This document shows, in pieces, positions 37,404 through 48,945 of a stretch of 64,000 nucleotides of DNA. This DNA comes from Squalus acanthias. Taxonomy: Eukaryota. The notes under the pieces were generated by a model that searched no databases, was not told the origin of the DNA, and was given only the letters and a program-made list of their open reading frames with translations. The stretch spans positions 135,410,001-135,474,000 of the forward strand of contig CM059432.1 of the NCBI GenBank assembly GCA_030390025.1, written 5' to 3'. Each line of letters starts with the position of its first letter. Position 1 is the first letter of the stretch. Both the position numbers and the translations under genes were made by a program.

Positions 37404-40400
37404 TTACATATTACATAGGATATACGGCACAGAAACAGGCCATTCGGCCCAAGCAGTCCATGCTGGCGTTTATGCTCCACTTGAGCCTCCTCCCGTCTTT
37501 CCTCATTTAAATCTATCAGCATAACTCTCTATTCCCTTCTCCCTCAGAGGCTTGTCCAGCCTCCCCTTAAATGCATCTACAGTATTCACTTCAACCACTC
37601 CCTGTGGTAGCGAGTTCCACATTCTCACCACTCTTTGGGTAAAGAAGTTTCTTCTGAATTCCCCATTGGATTTCTTGGTGACTATCTTATATTGATGGCC
37701 TCTAGTTATGCTCTTCCCCACAAGTGGAAACATTCTCTCTGTATCCACTCTATCAAAACCGTTCATAATTTTAAAGACCTCTATTGGGTCACCCCTCAGC
37801 CTTCTTTTTTCAAGAGAAAAGAGACAGAGCCTATTTATCCTTTCCTGATATGTATACCCTCGCATTTCTGGTATCATCCTTGTAAACCTTCTCTGCATCC
37901 TCTCCAGTGCCTCTATATCCTTTTTAATATATGGCAACCAGGACTGTACGCAGTACCCCAAGTGTGGTCTAACCAAGGTTCAATACAGGTTTAGCATAAC
38001 TTCCCTACTTTTCAATTCTACACCTCTAGAAAAACCCTAGTGCTTGGTTTGCATTTTTTATGGCCTTGCTAACATGTGGCGCAACTTTTAGTGATTTGTG
38101 TATTTGTATTCAGAGATCCCTTTGTTCCTCTACCCCACCTAGACTCGCACCCTCCAAGGGATAAGTGACCTCCCTATTCTTCCGACAAAAATGTAATCTC
38201 ACTTTTATCTGTGTTGAACTTTATTTGCCCATTCTGCAAGTTTATTAATGACCTCCTGTAATTTGTTGCAGTCCTCCTCAGTATTGACTATCCCCCCTAA
38301 TTTGGTATCATCCGCAAATTTAGATTGTGTTTTTGATTCCGAAGTCTAGATCGTTAATGTAAATTGTGAACAGCAGTGGTCCCAGCACGGATCCTTGTGG
38401 AACACCACTACCCACCTTCTGCCACTGTGAATAGCTACCATTTACTCCCACTCTCTACTTTGTGTCTTGAAGCCAGCTAGCAATCCACTCTGCTACTTTT
38501 CCCCTGACTCTGCATTCTCTGACCTTATTCATTAGTCTATTATGGGGTACCTTATCAAAGGCCTTTTGAAAATCTAGATAAGTTACATCTACTGCATTAC
38601 CAATGTCTACTCTCTCTGTTACCTCTTCAAAAAATTCTATAAAGTTGGTGAAGCAAGATTTTCCCTTTTGAAATCCATGCTGACTATTCATTATTATACT
38701 TTTCATTTCTAGATGTTCTTCTATTTTCTCCTTTAGTAGGGATTCCATTATTTTTCCTACCACCGATGTTAAGCTGACTGGTCTATAATTCCCTGGACAT
38801 GTTCTATCCCCCTTCTTAAATATAGGTATTACGTTAGCTGTCCGCCAGTCCTCTGGCACTTCACCTTTTTGTAACGAATTATTAAATATGTGTAGTAATG
38901 CCTCTGCTATCTCTTCCCTAGATTCTTTTAAAATGTGTGGATGCAATCTATCTGGATTTATCCTCTTTGAGTTTGATTAGTTTATTTAATATATCCCCCT
39001 TTTTTTTAAAAAAAATTTTAATGCACTTATCTCATTACTCATCTCATCAACCAATGTCATGTCCACCTGTTCTATCTCCCTGGTAAATACCAAAGCGAAA
39101 TAATGATTTAATATTTCTGCCATCTCCCTATAGTTACTTGTGGTAATGCCCTGTCTATCCCTTAACATAGAAACATAGAAGATAGGAGCAGGCCATTCGG
39201 CCACTCGAGCCTGTTCCGCCATTTAATGAGATCATGGCTGATCATCCAAATTCAGTACCCTGTCCCTGCTTTCTCCCCATATCCCTTGATCCCTTTAGCC
39301 TTAAGAAATATATCTAACTCCTTCTTGAATATATTTAATGAATTGGCCTCAACTGCCTTGTGTGGTAGAGAATTCCACAGGTTCACCACTCTCTGGGTGA
39401 AGAAATTCCTCCTCATCTCTGTCCTAAATGGCTTACCCCTTATCCTTAGACTGTGACCCCTGGTTCTGGACTCCCCCGCCATCGGGAACATCCTTCCTGC
39501 ATCTAGTCTGTCTAGTCCTGTTAGAATTTTATAAGTTTCAATGAGTCCCCTCTCATTCTTCTAAACTCTAGTGAATACAAGCCCAATCGACCCTATCTCT
39601 TCATATGTCATTCCTGCCATCCCAGGTATCAGTCTGGTGAATCTTCGTTGCACTCTCCATGGCAAGAACATCCTTCCTCAGATAAGGTGACCAAAACTGC
39701 ACACAATACTCAAGGTGTGGTCTCACCAAGGCCCTGTACAACTGCAGCAAAACATCCTTGCTCCTGTACTCGAATCCTCTCGCTAAGAAGGCCAACATAC
39801 CATTTGCCTTCTTAACCGCCTGCTGCACTTGCATGCTTACCTTCAGCGACTGGTGCACAAGGACACCCAGGTCTCGTTGCACTTCCCCTTTTCCCAATCT
39901 ATTGCCGTTCGGATAATAATCTGTCTTCCTGTTTTTGCCACCGAAGTGGATAACCTCGCATTTATGCGCATTATACTGCATTTGCCATGCATCTGCCCAA
40001 TCACCCAACCTGTCCAAATCATACTGGAGTTTCTCTGCATCCTCATCACAACACACACGCCCACCCAGCTTTGTGTCATCTGCAAACTTGGAGATATTAC
40101 ATCTAGTTCCCTCGTCTAGATCATTTATATATAGTGAATAGCTGGGGTCCTAGCACCGATCCCTGTGGTACCCCACTAGTCACTGCCTGCCACTTGGAAA
40201 AAGACCCGTTTATTCCAACTCTTTGCTTCCCGTCTGCCAACCAGTTCTCTATCCAAGACAGTACCTTACCCCCAATCCCATGTGCTTTAACTTTGCACGC
40301 TAATCTCTTATGCGGCACCATATCGAAAGCCTTCTGAAAGTCCAAATACACCACATCCACTGGTTCTCCTTTATCTATTGTACCAGTTACATCCTCAAAA

Positions 40401-42815
40401 AATTCCAGTAGATTAGTCAAGCATGATTTACCTTTTGTGAATCCATGTTGACTTTGTCCAATCCTGTCACTGTTTTCCAAGTGCTCTGCTATTACATCTT
40501 TTATAATGGACTCTAGCATTTTCCCCACTACCCATGTCAGGCTTACTATAATTCCCCGTTTTCTCTCTACCACCTTTTTTAAATAGTGGGGTCACATTAG
40601 CTATCCTCCAAACCATGGGAACTGTTCCAGAGTCTATAGAATTTTGGAAGATGACCAGCAATGCATCTACTATTTCTAGGGCCACTTCCTTAAGTACGCT
40701 AGGATGTAGATCATCAGGCCCTGGGGATTTATCGGCCTTCAATTTCCCCAACACCATTTCCCTACAAATACTGATTTCATTCAATTCCTCCCTCTCATTA
40801 GACCCCATGTTCCCCAGCATCTCTGGGAGGTTATTTGTGTCCTCCTTTGTGAAGACAGAACCAAAGTATGTATTTAATTGGTCTGCCATTTCTTTGTTCC
40901 CCATTATAAATTCCCCTGATTCTGACTGCAAGGGACCTACACTTGACTTCACCAATCTTTTTCTCTTCACATATCTATAGAAGCTTTTACAGTCAGTTTT
41001 TATGTTCCCTGCAAGCTTAGTCTCAATCTATTTCCCCCCTCTTAATTAATCCCTTTGTCCTCCTTTGCTGAATCCTAAACTGCTCCCAATCCTCAGGTTT
41101 GCTGCTTTTTCTGGCCAATTTATATGTCCTCTCCTTGGATCTTATGCTATCCCTAATTTCCCTTGTTAGCCACAGTTGAGTCACCTTTTTTGTTTTATTT
41201 TTATGCCAAACAGGGATGAACAAATTCTGTAGTTCATCCATGCGATCTTTAAATGTTTGCCATTGCCTATCCACCGTCAACCCTTTAAGTAACGCTCCCC
41301 AATCCACCCTAGCCAACTCATGCCTCATACCATCATAGTTTCCTTTATTTAAATTCAGGACCCTAGTCTGAGTCAACTACTTCACTCGCCATTTTAATGA
41401 AGAATTCTATCATATGATCGCTCCTCCCCAAGGGGCCTCACACAACAAGATTGCTAATTAATCCTCTCTCATTACATAATACCCAGTCTAAGATGGCCTG
41501 ATCTCTAGTTGGTTCCTCGACATATTGGTCCAGGAAACCATCCCGTATACACTCTAGGAATTCCTCCTCCACAGTATTGTTATAGATTGGGCTAACCAAA
41601 TTAGTATGTAGATTAAAGTCACCCATGATAACTGCTGTGCCCTTATTGCACGCGTCTCTAATTTCCCGTTTAATGCCATCCCCAACCTCAGCATTACTAT
41701 TTGGGGGTCTGTATACAACTCCCACTAACATTTTCTGCCCCTTGGTATTTCTCAGCTCTGCCCATACAGATTCACATCATCAGAGCTAATATCCTTCCTT
41801 ACTATTGTGTTAATCTCCTCTTTAACCAACAATGCTACCCCACCTCCTTTTCCTTTTTTCCTGTCCTTCCTGAATATTGAATACCCCTGGATGTTGAATT
41901 CCCAGACTTGGTCATCCTGGAGCCATGTCTCCATAATCCCAATTATATCATATCCGTTTACATCTATTTGCACAGCTAATTCATCCACCTTATTACGAAT
42001 GCTCCTCGCATTAAGACACAAAGCCTTCAGGCTTGATTTTTTTAACACTCTTAGTCCTTTTAGAATTATTATTTACTGTGGCCCTGTTTGATTTACACCC
42101 TTGATTTCTCTGCCTTCCACTTTTTCTTTCCTTCTTCCTGTCTTTTGTTTCTATCCTTGCTTCCCTTTCCTCTGTCTCCCTGCACAGGTTCCCAACCCCC
42201 TGCCATTTTAGTTTAAACCCTCCCCAACAGCACTAGCAAACACTCCCCCAAGGACATCGGTTCCGGTCCCTATTTCCATCCCAACCTTCCTTTTTTTATT
42301 GATGTGCCTGTAAAATATTTTACTATTTTGTTTTATGTTCCTTGATAATTTAATTTTATAGTTTCTTTGCCTTCCTAATTGTTTTTTTTGACTTCTTTGC
42401 ATTCTCTCTTGTCCTGAACTGCTCTGTTGTCTATGTACTTAATGTATGCCTCTTTCCTTACCCTCAATTTTTCCCTTATGTCTTTATTCATCCATGGAGT
42501 CTCATTAATGTTTAGTTTGTTCTTTCCTTTTAGCGGAATATATTTTTCCTGCACTCTGTTGAACACCATTTTAAATGTTTCCCATTGTCGTTCTATATCG
42601 TTGTTTGCCAATATTGTTGCCCATTTTATCTTCCCAAGTTCTATTCTCAGGCCCTCAAAATCAGCTTTTCTCCAATCTATTAACCTGGTTTTTGTCATAC
42701 TGATGTCCTTCTCTATTATCATCTTAACGTGTATTATATTGTCACTATTGCCGATATGTTCTCCTACTTTTACTTCTCTTATCTGCTCTGGCTCATTCCC
42801 CATAACTAGATCCAA
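37404..42815 (-). mobile_element. CR1 LINE (family E) host copy, split by family-A insertion
   Basis: ORF2 remnants 42375-42815, 38455-38946 (NYRPVSLTS, QHGF, DFQKAFDKVPH) and 37503-37976. 3' tail at about 37404. Confidence 0.88.
39165..42269 (-). mobile_element. Young CR1 LINE (family A), second copy, nested in family-E CR1
   Basis: (TTCTATGT)n tail, plus EN and RT ORF pieces. Nearly collinear and highly similar to 2103-5170. The 5' junction shares cggtcc microhomology with the target. Confidence 0.92.
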
Positions 42816-42840
42816 TTTTCAAAGGGTAATTAAAATATAA

Positions 42841-43090
42841 TGGCCCGGAATTTGCGATGGGTAATAACAGCGAACTAACAACTCTTTGAAACTGACCGCA
42901 ATTTCAGGATTTAGTGCATGCGCATCTAAACGCGGAAATCTTGAAGTTGCAGTCAGTCATTCAGTTCTCCGACACTGGCTGCGCTGTGGCACCTCCTTTC
43001 CCCCCCCCCCCCCAGATTCCAGAGTTTTTGCTGGGTTACCTTTGGTTGTAAAGAAGTATTTACGCAGAACTTTCCCCCCGGTAATTAAAT
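42841..43090. mobile_element. Harbinger-like MITE left-end remnant
   Basis: Begins tggcccggaatttgcgatgggtaataacagcgaact and is the inverted counterpart of 46240-46277. Confidence 0.45.
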
Positions 43091-43483
43091 ACATGGGGTA
43101 GAATGTTCCTAGTCTATGCAAAAAACAGACTTGCTCGATCAAATGACCTCTTCTTGCTCCTTCTTTCCTAATGTGTTCTTAAACAATTAATGCTGCCTAC
43201 TGCTAACAATTTACACATGCTTTTTAAAGAAAAACATTAAAACTTGCACTAAATAAATAGCTTTGCAGATTTGTTAACATTACAGTTTAATCATGCTTCA
43301 GTTTAAATACTCAGGTACCCTTAATAGTTCAGTGGATAAATGCACCACATGGTGTGGTAATGAAGCATACAGACCAGGAATATCCCAGAAAGCAAAGAAC
43401 TGCAGTTGCTGGAAATCTGAATCAAAAACAGAAAATGCTGGAAACCCTCAGCAGGTCAGTCAGCATCTGTGGAGAGAATAGAC

Positions 43484-43522
43484 AGGTTAACGTTTCAAAC
43501 GTAGACCCTTGGTCAGAACTGG
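43484..43522 (-). ncRNA. Degenerate minimal type-I hammerhead ribozyme in Penelope pLTR
   Basis: ccagtt-CTGACCA-agggtctacgttt-GAAAC-gtt-aacc. The core is CUGANGA with G8>C, GAAA is intact and stem III is the palindrome AACGTT. Confidence 0.6.
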
Positions 43523-44696
43523 AAAATATTACAGATGTGCAACATTTAGAAAAGGGAATAGAACACAGAGAAAGAGGAGGGGGGAAAAGAAGGAAACCGA
43601 ATGACCTGTAAAGTGGTTAGGCAGAAAACAGCAGATGGCAAAAATGATATTCTTACGAGACAATAGAAGGTAAGAAGAAGAGAAATTAAAGACATTTACG
43701 AGATACAGAAAGTGTGAGTTGCTAAGGTGGTGGGGTAGGGAATATAAAAGGAAGCATAAAATGCTGGCAAAGCAGGAATCTGGGAGAAGAAAAAAGGTCG
43801 ACACCAATGGTGTAGAACACCCCACCATCACAATGTTCCAACAGAGGGGCCATACCGCAAACACCAACCCATCCCTACCCCTAACCGAAGCACCTGCACA
43901 CCCATCCCACACTGCCAGCACTTCCTGCCAAACAGAAAGTGGAATCAATAGTTAAGGTCTGAAGTTATTAATGTCAATATTAAGGCCAGAGAGCTGCAAA
44001 ATGCCCAGTAGAAAGCAAAGGCGCTGCTCCTCGAGCTTCATTTGAATAGTGTAGAAGGGAAATTGCAGTGGCAAGCAACAAGAAACTTGGGGTTGCACTT
44101 GCATACAAAATTAAGATGTTTGGCAAAGCGGCTATCAAATCTGCATTTGTTCTCCCTAATGTAGAGGAGGCTGCACAGTAAACAGCATAATAGGTTAGAG
44201 AAAGTACACATAAATAACTGTCCCTGGAAGGAGTGTTTGGGGCCCTGGACAATAGTGAGAGAGGTGGTGAATAGGCAGCTTGTACACTATCTGCACTTGA
44301 GAAAGTGCCAGGGGAATGGAAGGTGGTAGGTTGGTTTAAGAATGAACCAAGGTGTTGTGGAGGAAACAGTCGCTTTGGAAAGCAGAGGGGGAAGCGGGGA
44401 GGGGAAAGGGAAAGTGGTGGGATCATGTTGAAGGTAACTGATATAGCACATAAAAGCAGCAGCCGGTGGGGTGGAAACCAAGGACAAAGGGAAGCCTTTC
44501 ACAGTTGCAATGGGCGATTAGGTGTTCCATTAAAGCTCAATGCAAGCTCAAGGAATAGCACTGTATCTTTCCATTGGGTACTTTGCAGCCCTCTGGCCTT
44601 AACATTGGTTTTAATAACTTCAGACCTTAACTACAGACCCCACTTCCTCTTTGGCAGTTGGTGCTGGTAGCATGGGATGGGTGTCCCGGTGTTTCT

Positions 44697-44725
44697 GGGG
44701 GGGGGGGGGGGGGGGGGCGGGGGAA

Positions 44726-44798
<73 letters not shown>
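44697..44798 (+). repeat. Compound G21 + (GA)34 microsatellite
   Basis: G run 44697-44717 and GA repeat 44731-44798. Confidence 0.95.
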
Positions 44799-44802
<4 letters not shown>

Positions 44803-45188
44803 TTGATACTTGGGGTTGGGTTGCTCTGTTGGAACACTGCTGGCAGGGAAGTCTGCCCCCTTGATGTCAATCTGCTTTTTTCTTCTCCCAGGCTGGCACA
44901 GCCTGCTTCACTTTGCCAGTTTTGTGTGCTTCCAATTTCTAGCTGCCTTATTCCCCCAACTGCTTTAGCTGTTCACACATTCTCAGTCTCATAAATATCT
45001 TTAATTTCTCTCATTATGCCTCCTATTATCTCATGTTAATATCACTTCAGCCATTTAATCATTTCCTGTTTTCCACTTAAGCACTTTACAGTTCATGGTT
45101 TGTGTGCGCGCGTGCATACGGTTGTGCATTTCCCTTCCTCCTTCCCTTTGTTCCGTTTCATTTTAAATGTTTTCATCTGTAATATATT

Positions 45189-45226
45189 CCAGTTCTGACA
45201 AAGTGTCTACAACTACTACGTTAATG
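45189..45226 (+). ncRNA. Second, more decayed hammerhead remnant in opposite arm
   Basis: ccagtt-CTGACAA-agtgtctacaact-actacgtt-aatg is the positional equivalent of 43484-43522. G8>A and the GAAA box is lost. Confidence 0.45.
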
Positions 45227-45869
45227 TGTCTGTTCTAGTCATAGATGCTGAGTGTTTCCAGCATTTTCCATTTTTGATTCAGTAATATCCTTTGTTTGAT
45301 TCAGTTTGGCGAAGGCCTCAGTGGTGATCGGGAAACAACTGCTCTTAGTGTCACAGCCTCTTTAGTTTGGGGAGGGGGAGGGAACAGCTAAGGTTCCCCC
45401 TCCTGATCACCATCCTGTGACCCTTAATAGAAGTTGCACTTTTGTGGACATTAGGCAAGGATAGGATTCAAGCTCAGTTCTGATGCAAAGCACATTCAAG
45501 TAGCTTGGCACTCGCTTTCTAGGCTGAGACATTAAGAATGGTCTCTTGGGCAGGGACACAGTATGGTCTTATTCCCACAGGAAATAAAGAGTTGCCCGAC
45601 TTACAAATACTGTTGGTTTTAAGTAGAAAGCTGAAGCTCTCCACACAAGGCAATGCTTCCTTTCTAAATGCATGTTGGTAGTTCAAGCATCAGCGGTAAT
45701 TTTCAAGACTAGTGGGATTACTATCCAAGCATGCAGTTTTAAAATTGCACTAACTGATGGGTTCAAACAATTATTACATTCATTTGTCAGAACCAAATTG
45801 TAAACCTAGATGGTACTTAACTTTCAAAAATCTGCACACCCATGGAGTTCTTTCCAATTGGATTTCCAA

Positions 45870-46277
45870 AGTAAGATGTTAACCCGAGACAGCTGCAATA
45901 TTTTGACTTGGATTTTGCGGCATCGGAACGGAATGCATACTTACCTGGTGGGGGACCCTCCTTCGAGAACTTGCTGGCAGACGCTGCGTAGAAGAGGGCA
46001 GCGTAGAGGCCCACAAATCTATAGCTTTTAAAATTACTTGGATTTGTCAGGAGGTATTCCTTTACGCTATTCCCTGTGCCTGTTTGCACCTGCTGTTATA
46101 TTTTCAGGCATAACTGCTGGGCAGTAGGTAGGCAATTAGCCCAACTCTGCGCCAGCAATTAGGATTTCCCCGTCGGTGCGGATCATCTGCCAAGTCGGAA
46201 CTTGACAGATCGCAAGTTCGGGGATTTAGCACATGCGTACTCAGTACGCTGTCATACTCACCACAAATTCTGGCCCA
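45870..46277. mobile_element. Harbinger-like MITE right-end remnant
   Basis: CpG-richer segment ending caccacaaattctggccc. It shares gatttag-gcatgcg with 42909-42925. The left boundary is uncertain. Confidence 0.45.
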
Positions 46278-46799
46278 ACATGTTTAGTAAGATGAAGCTT
46301 CTTGATCTAGCAATGTTTCCAGATACAGAATGCTGGGAATGTCACATTTATTTAAGGAGGTGTACCAGCAATTGCATATGGAAAGTATTTTATGTTAATA
46401 AAAATTAAGATTTTCGGTATTTGACTGCAGGTGAAATTCTAGTAAACAGATAACAGTCACTATTTATCATTTTTCATTGTGACTGACTATTGATTGTGGA
46501 CAATCCCTCCCTGCCAGCACCACTGTGAATTGGAAAAATGCAGCAAGAATAAAATAAAACTACTGCGCACCAACTCCAAAATTCAATTCTTTTTAAAAGG
46601 AGAATTAGTTATGTACTGACATTGGAAGTGAATTCCTGGCAGCGATCTTCACGTGTTGCTCCAACTAAGTCACTTGCCAAATCACCCAATCTCCTCACTT
46701 AGACTGCAGCCTGCAACTCACTCCCAGTTAGTCTTTCGATAAATGTAGTTGCCATTTTCACCATCCCCAAAACACAACGTCATCTGTAATCCCTCCCTT

Positions 46800-46885
46800 C
46801 GCAGTCAGCCTTGGCTCAGTGGTATCACTCTGAGCCGAGAGTGTGATCACTGAGCCAAGCCTGACATTTCAGTGAGGTACTCCTC
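46800..46885 (+). mobile_element. Deu-SINE head fragment
   Basis: gtcagccttggctcagtggtatcactct…ctgacatttcagtgaggtact. Confidence 0.55.
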
Positions 46886-46926
46886 ACCGCTGGGCTCTTT
46901 GGACCACTGTCTCCTATCTACCTCTT

Positions 46927-47293
46927 CACAGAATCACAGAATCCCCACAGTACAGATAGAGGCCATTTCGGCCCATCGAGCCTGCACCGACACATATCCC
47001 ACCCTATCCCCGTAACCCCACGTATTTAATCCCCCCCTAACATATCCCACCCTATCCCCGTAACCCCACGTATTTAATCCCCCCTAACACTAAGGGTCAA
47101 TTTATCATAGCCAAATCAACCTAACCCGCACATCTTTGGACTGTGGGAGGAAACCGGAGCACCCGGAGGAAACCCATGCAGACACGGGGAGAATGTGCAA
47201 ACTCCACACAGACAGTCACCCAAAGCCGGATTCGAAACCGGGCCCCTGGTGCTGTGAGGCAACAGTGCTAACCACTATGCCATCGTGTTGCCC
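46927..47293 (-). mobile_element. HE1-like V-SINE, full length, with internal ~48-bp tandem duplication
   Basis: tRNA-like head (gggcaacacgatggcatagtggttagc…ggtttcgaatcc), V-domain (gtgtggagtttgcacattctccccgtgtctgcatgggtttcctccgggtgctccggtttcctcccacagtccaaaga) and CR1-type (ATTCTGTG)2 tail. The duplication is at 46993-47040 / 47041-47087. Confidence 0.9.
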
Positions 47294-47819
47294 TTGGAGA
47301 ATACCTTGCAGGAAATCTCACTTTGTAAATCAGTCACATCTTGCTTAGCACTGCAGGTCAGCTACTGGGATGGTCTTTGAATTTTTGTGTCATCTTTCCC
47401 TGGTTCAACTGCTGCTTTCATTTGTCTGGCCCCTTCGATCTGTGAAGTAACTGACATTATTCTAGCTGTTATGGAAGGTTTCGTTTCTCACATCTTTCCC
47501 TTCGACAGACCTGGTACTATATCATTGTTCATTTCTGCCGATTGCACCTGGTTTTCTTCAGCAGTTTGGAGCATCCCAAGCCAACTTTGCTCATAACTTC
47601 TACAGATCCACTCGAGCTGCTAAACATAACTTTATTAAAATGAAATGTCAACTGACATCTTACTGCACCTCCAGCACCAGGCAATTTTGATCCCTTGCCA
47701 GCTGTATCTCAATTTTAAAATTCTCATTCCCAGCACTCTTCAATCCTGAGGGCACAGTTGCAAGCTCAGTTTTCTTCTACTCGAATTTTATTGATATTGG
47801 TAAAGAATTTCCCTCCTGG

Positions 47820-48180
47820 ACTTGAGCAAATAATGTTGACTGACACCGCAAGGCAATACTGAGGGAGTGTTGCACTGTACCATCGTACAGATGAGACTTT
47901 AAACTCGAGGCTCCATGTCTATTTCTGTTGTTCGGGTGGACATTAAGGATCTTATAGCACTATTCAGAGAAGAGCAGAGAATTATCCCAATACCCTAGTC
48001 CACATTTCCCACTCAGCTACCACCACTAGAAGCAGGCTAATTTGTTTGTGCAATCTTGCTATGTGCAGAACGGTTGCCATGATTGCCTATAGTACAACAG
48101 TCACTGTATTTCAAGTTATACATTCTGTGAATCACTGGACAGGTTTGAGAAACATGATAAAGGTGCCATATAAATGCATA
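47820..48180 (+). mobile_element. Old Deu-SINE lacking head
   Basis: Collinear with 49020-49400 and ends aaggtgccatataaatgca. Confidence 0.7.
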
Positions 48181-48945
48181 TCCATCTATCTATAAGTTTT
48201 ATCCCTGCCAGATTTGTCAGATCCTCCATTGTCTGGATTACAATAAAACATTTGACCCTAATGCCATCTCTTCCATCATTCTCAGGATCTTATGTTGTCA
48301 ATCTCAGAGTACAAGTCTACTTTTCCTTGTTCTCAGAAGTGTTTTTCACATTATATACACAAGCAAGGTGATCCTATTATCACCCTATTGTCCTTAGATC
48401 AGAATTGTGTAAAGTTATAAACAAACACTCATTTTAATTCAAACTACCCATCAGCTTAGAAGTTCTAGGCTAATTCATAATCAGGAGTATGGTTGTTGGT
48501 ACGGCTGTTCCATTGGTAATCTTGTTGCCTATATACACAAACTAAATGTTTCTAATTACACCACTGTTGATTAATGCAGCAGTTATCCTGTTTTGTCCAA
48601 ATGTGTAGTGGTGTCTGCAAAAGTGGCAGCACAGCTCGTCATACTCCAATCTAACTCTGGAATTTAACACTGCTTGGGTTTGTCACTGTCTGGAGTAGAA
48701 CTCCAGTCCAATTCCATATAATAAGTTCTTAATTATCTCACTGAACTTTCTGGGCATTTTGCAAACTTTAAGCAATTTTTTTTTTTTTTTTTTAAACACA
48801 TGACAAAGTTTACATTCCAACCTGTGCTTTCAAACATTCAAAATTTAGTATGAAATCTCAACACTCTGGGTGAAAGATAGGTCCTGTACTGGCTGCTGCT
48901 GGGATCTTTTTCTAGATTTATGCTGAAGACTAGTTTCTCTGCCTA

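Larger units (their letters stand above)
43386..45283. mobile_element. Penelope-like element (Neptune-type), fold-back with inverted pseudo-LTRs
   Basis: Minus strand 43950-44330 encodes decayed PGTF..C..C, QGPKHSFQ…CTFSNL…CSLLYIRENKCRFDSRFAKHL (GIY-YIG). Plus strand 44540-44630 encodes KE*HCIFPLGTLQPSGLNIGFNNF. Arms ~43410-44050 and ~44530-45283 are inverted copies. AATATCC is duplicated at 43379-43385 and 45284-45290. Confidence 0.88.

Noticed and set aside
44631..44994. ER- and SL-repeat ORFs
   Set aside because: These are translations of the (GA)n microsatellite and G-run.
46993..47087. CRISPR-like or satellite array
   Set aside because: It has only two adjacent units without spacers, inside a vertebrate SINE.
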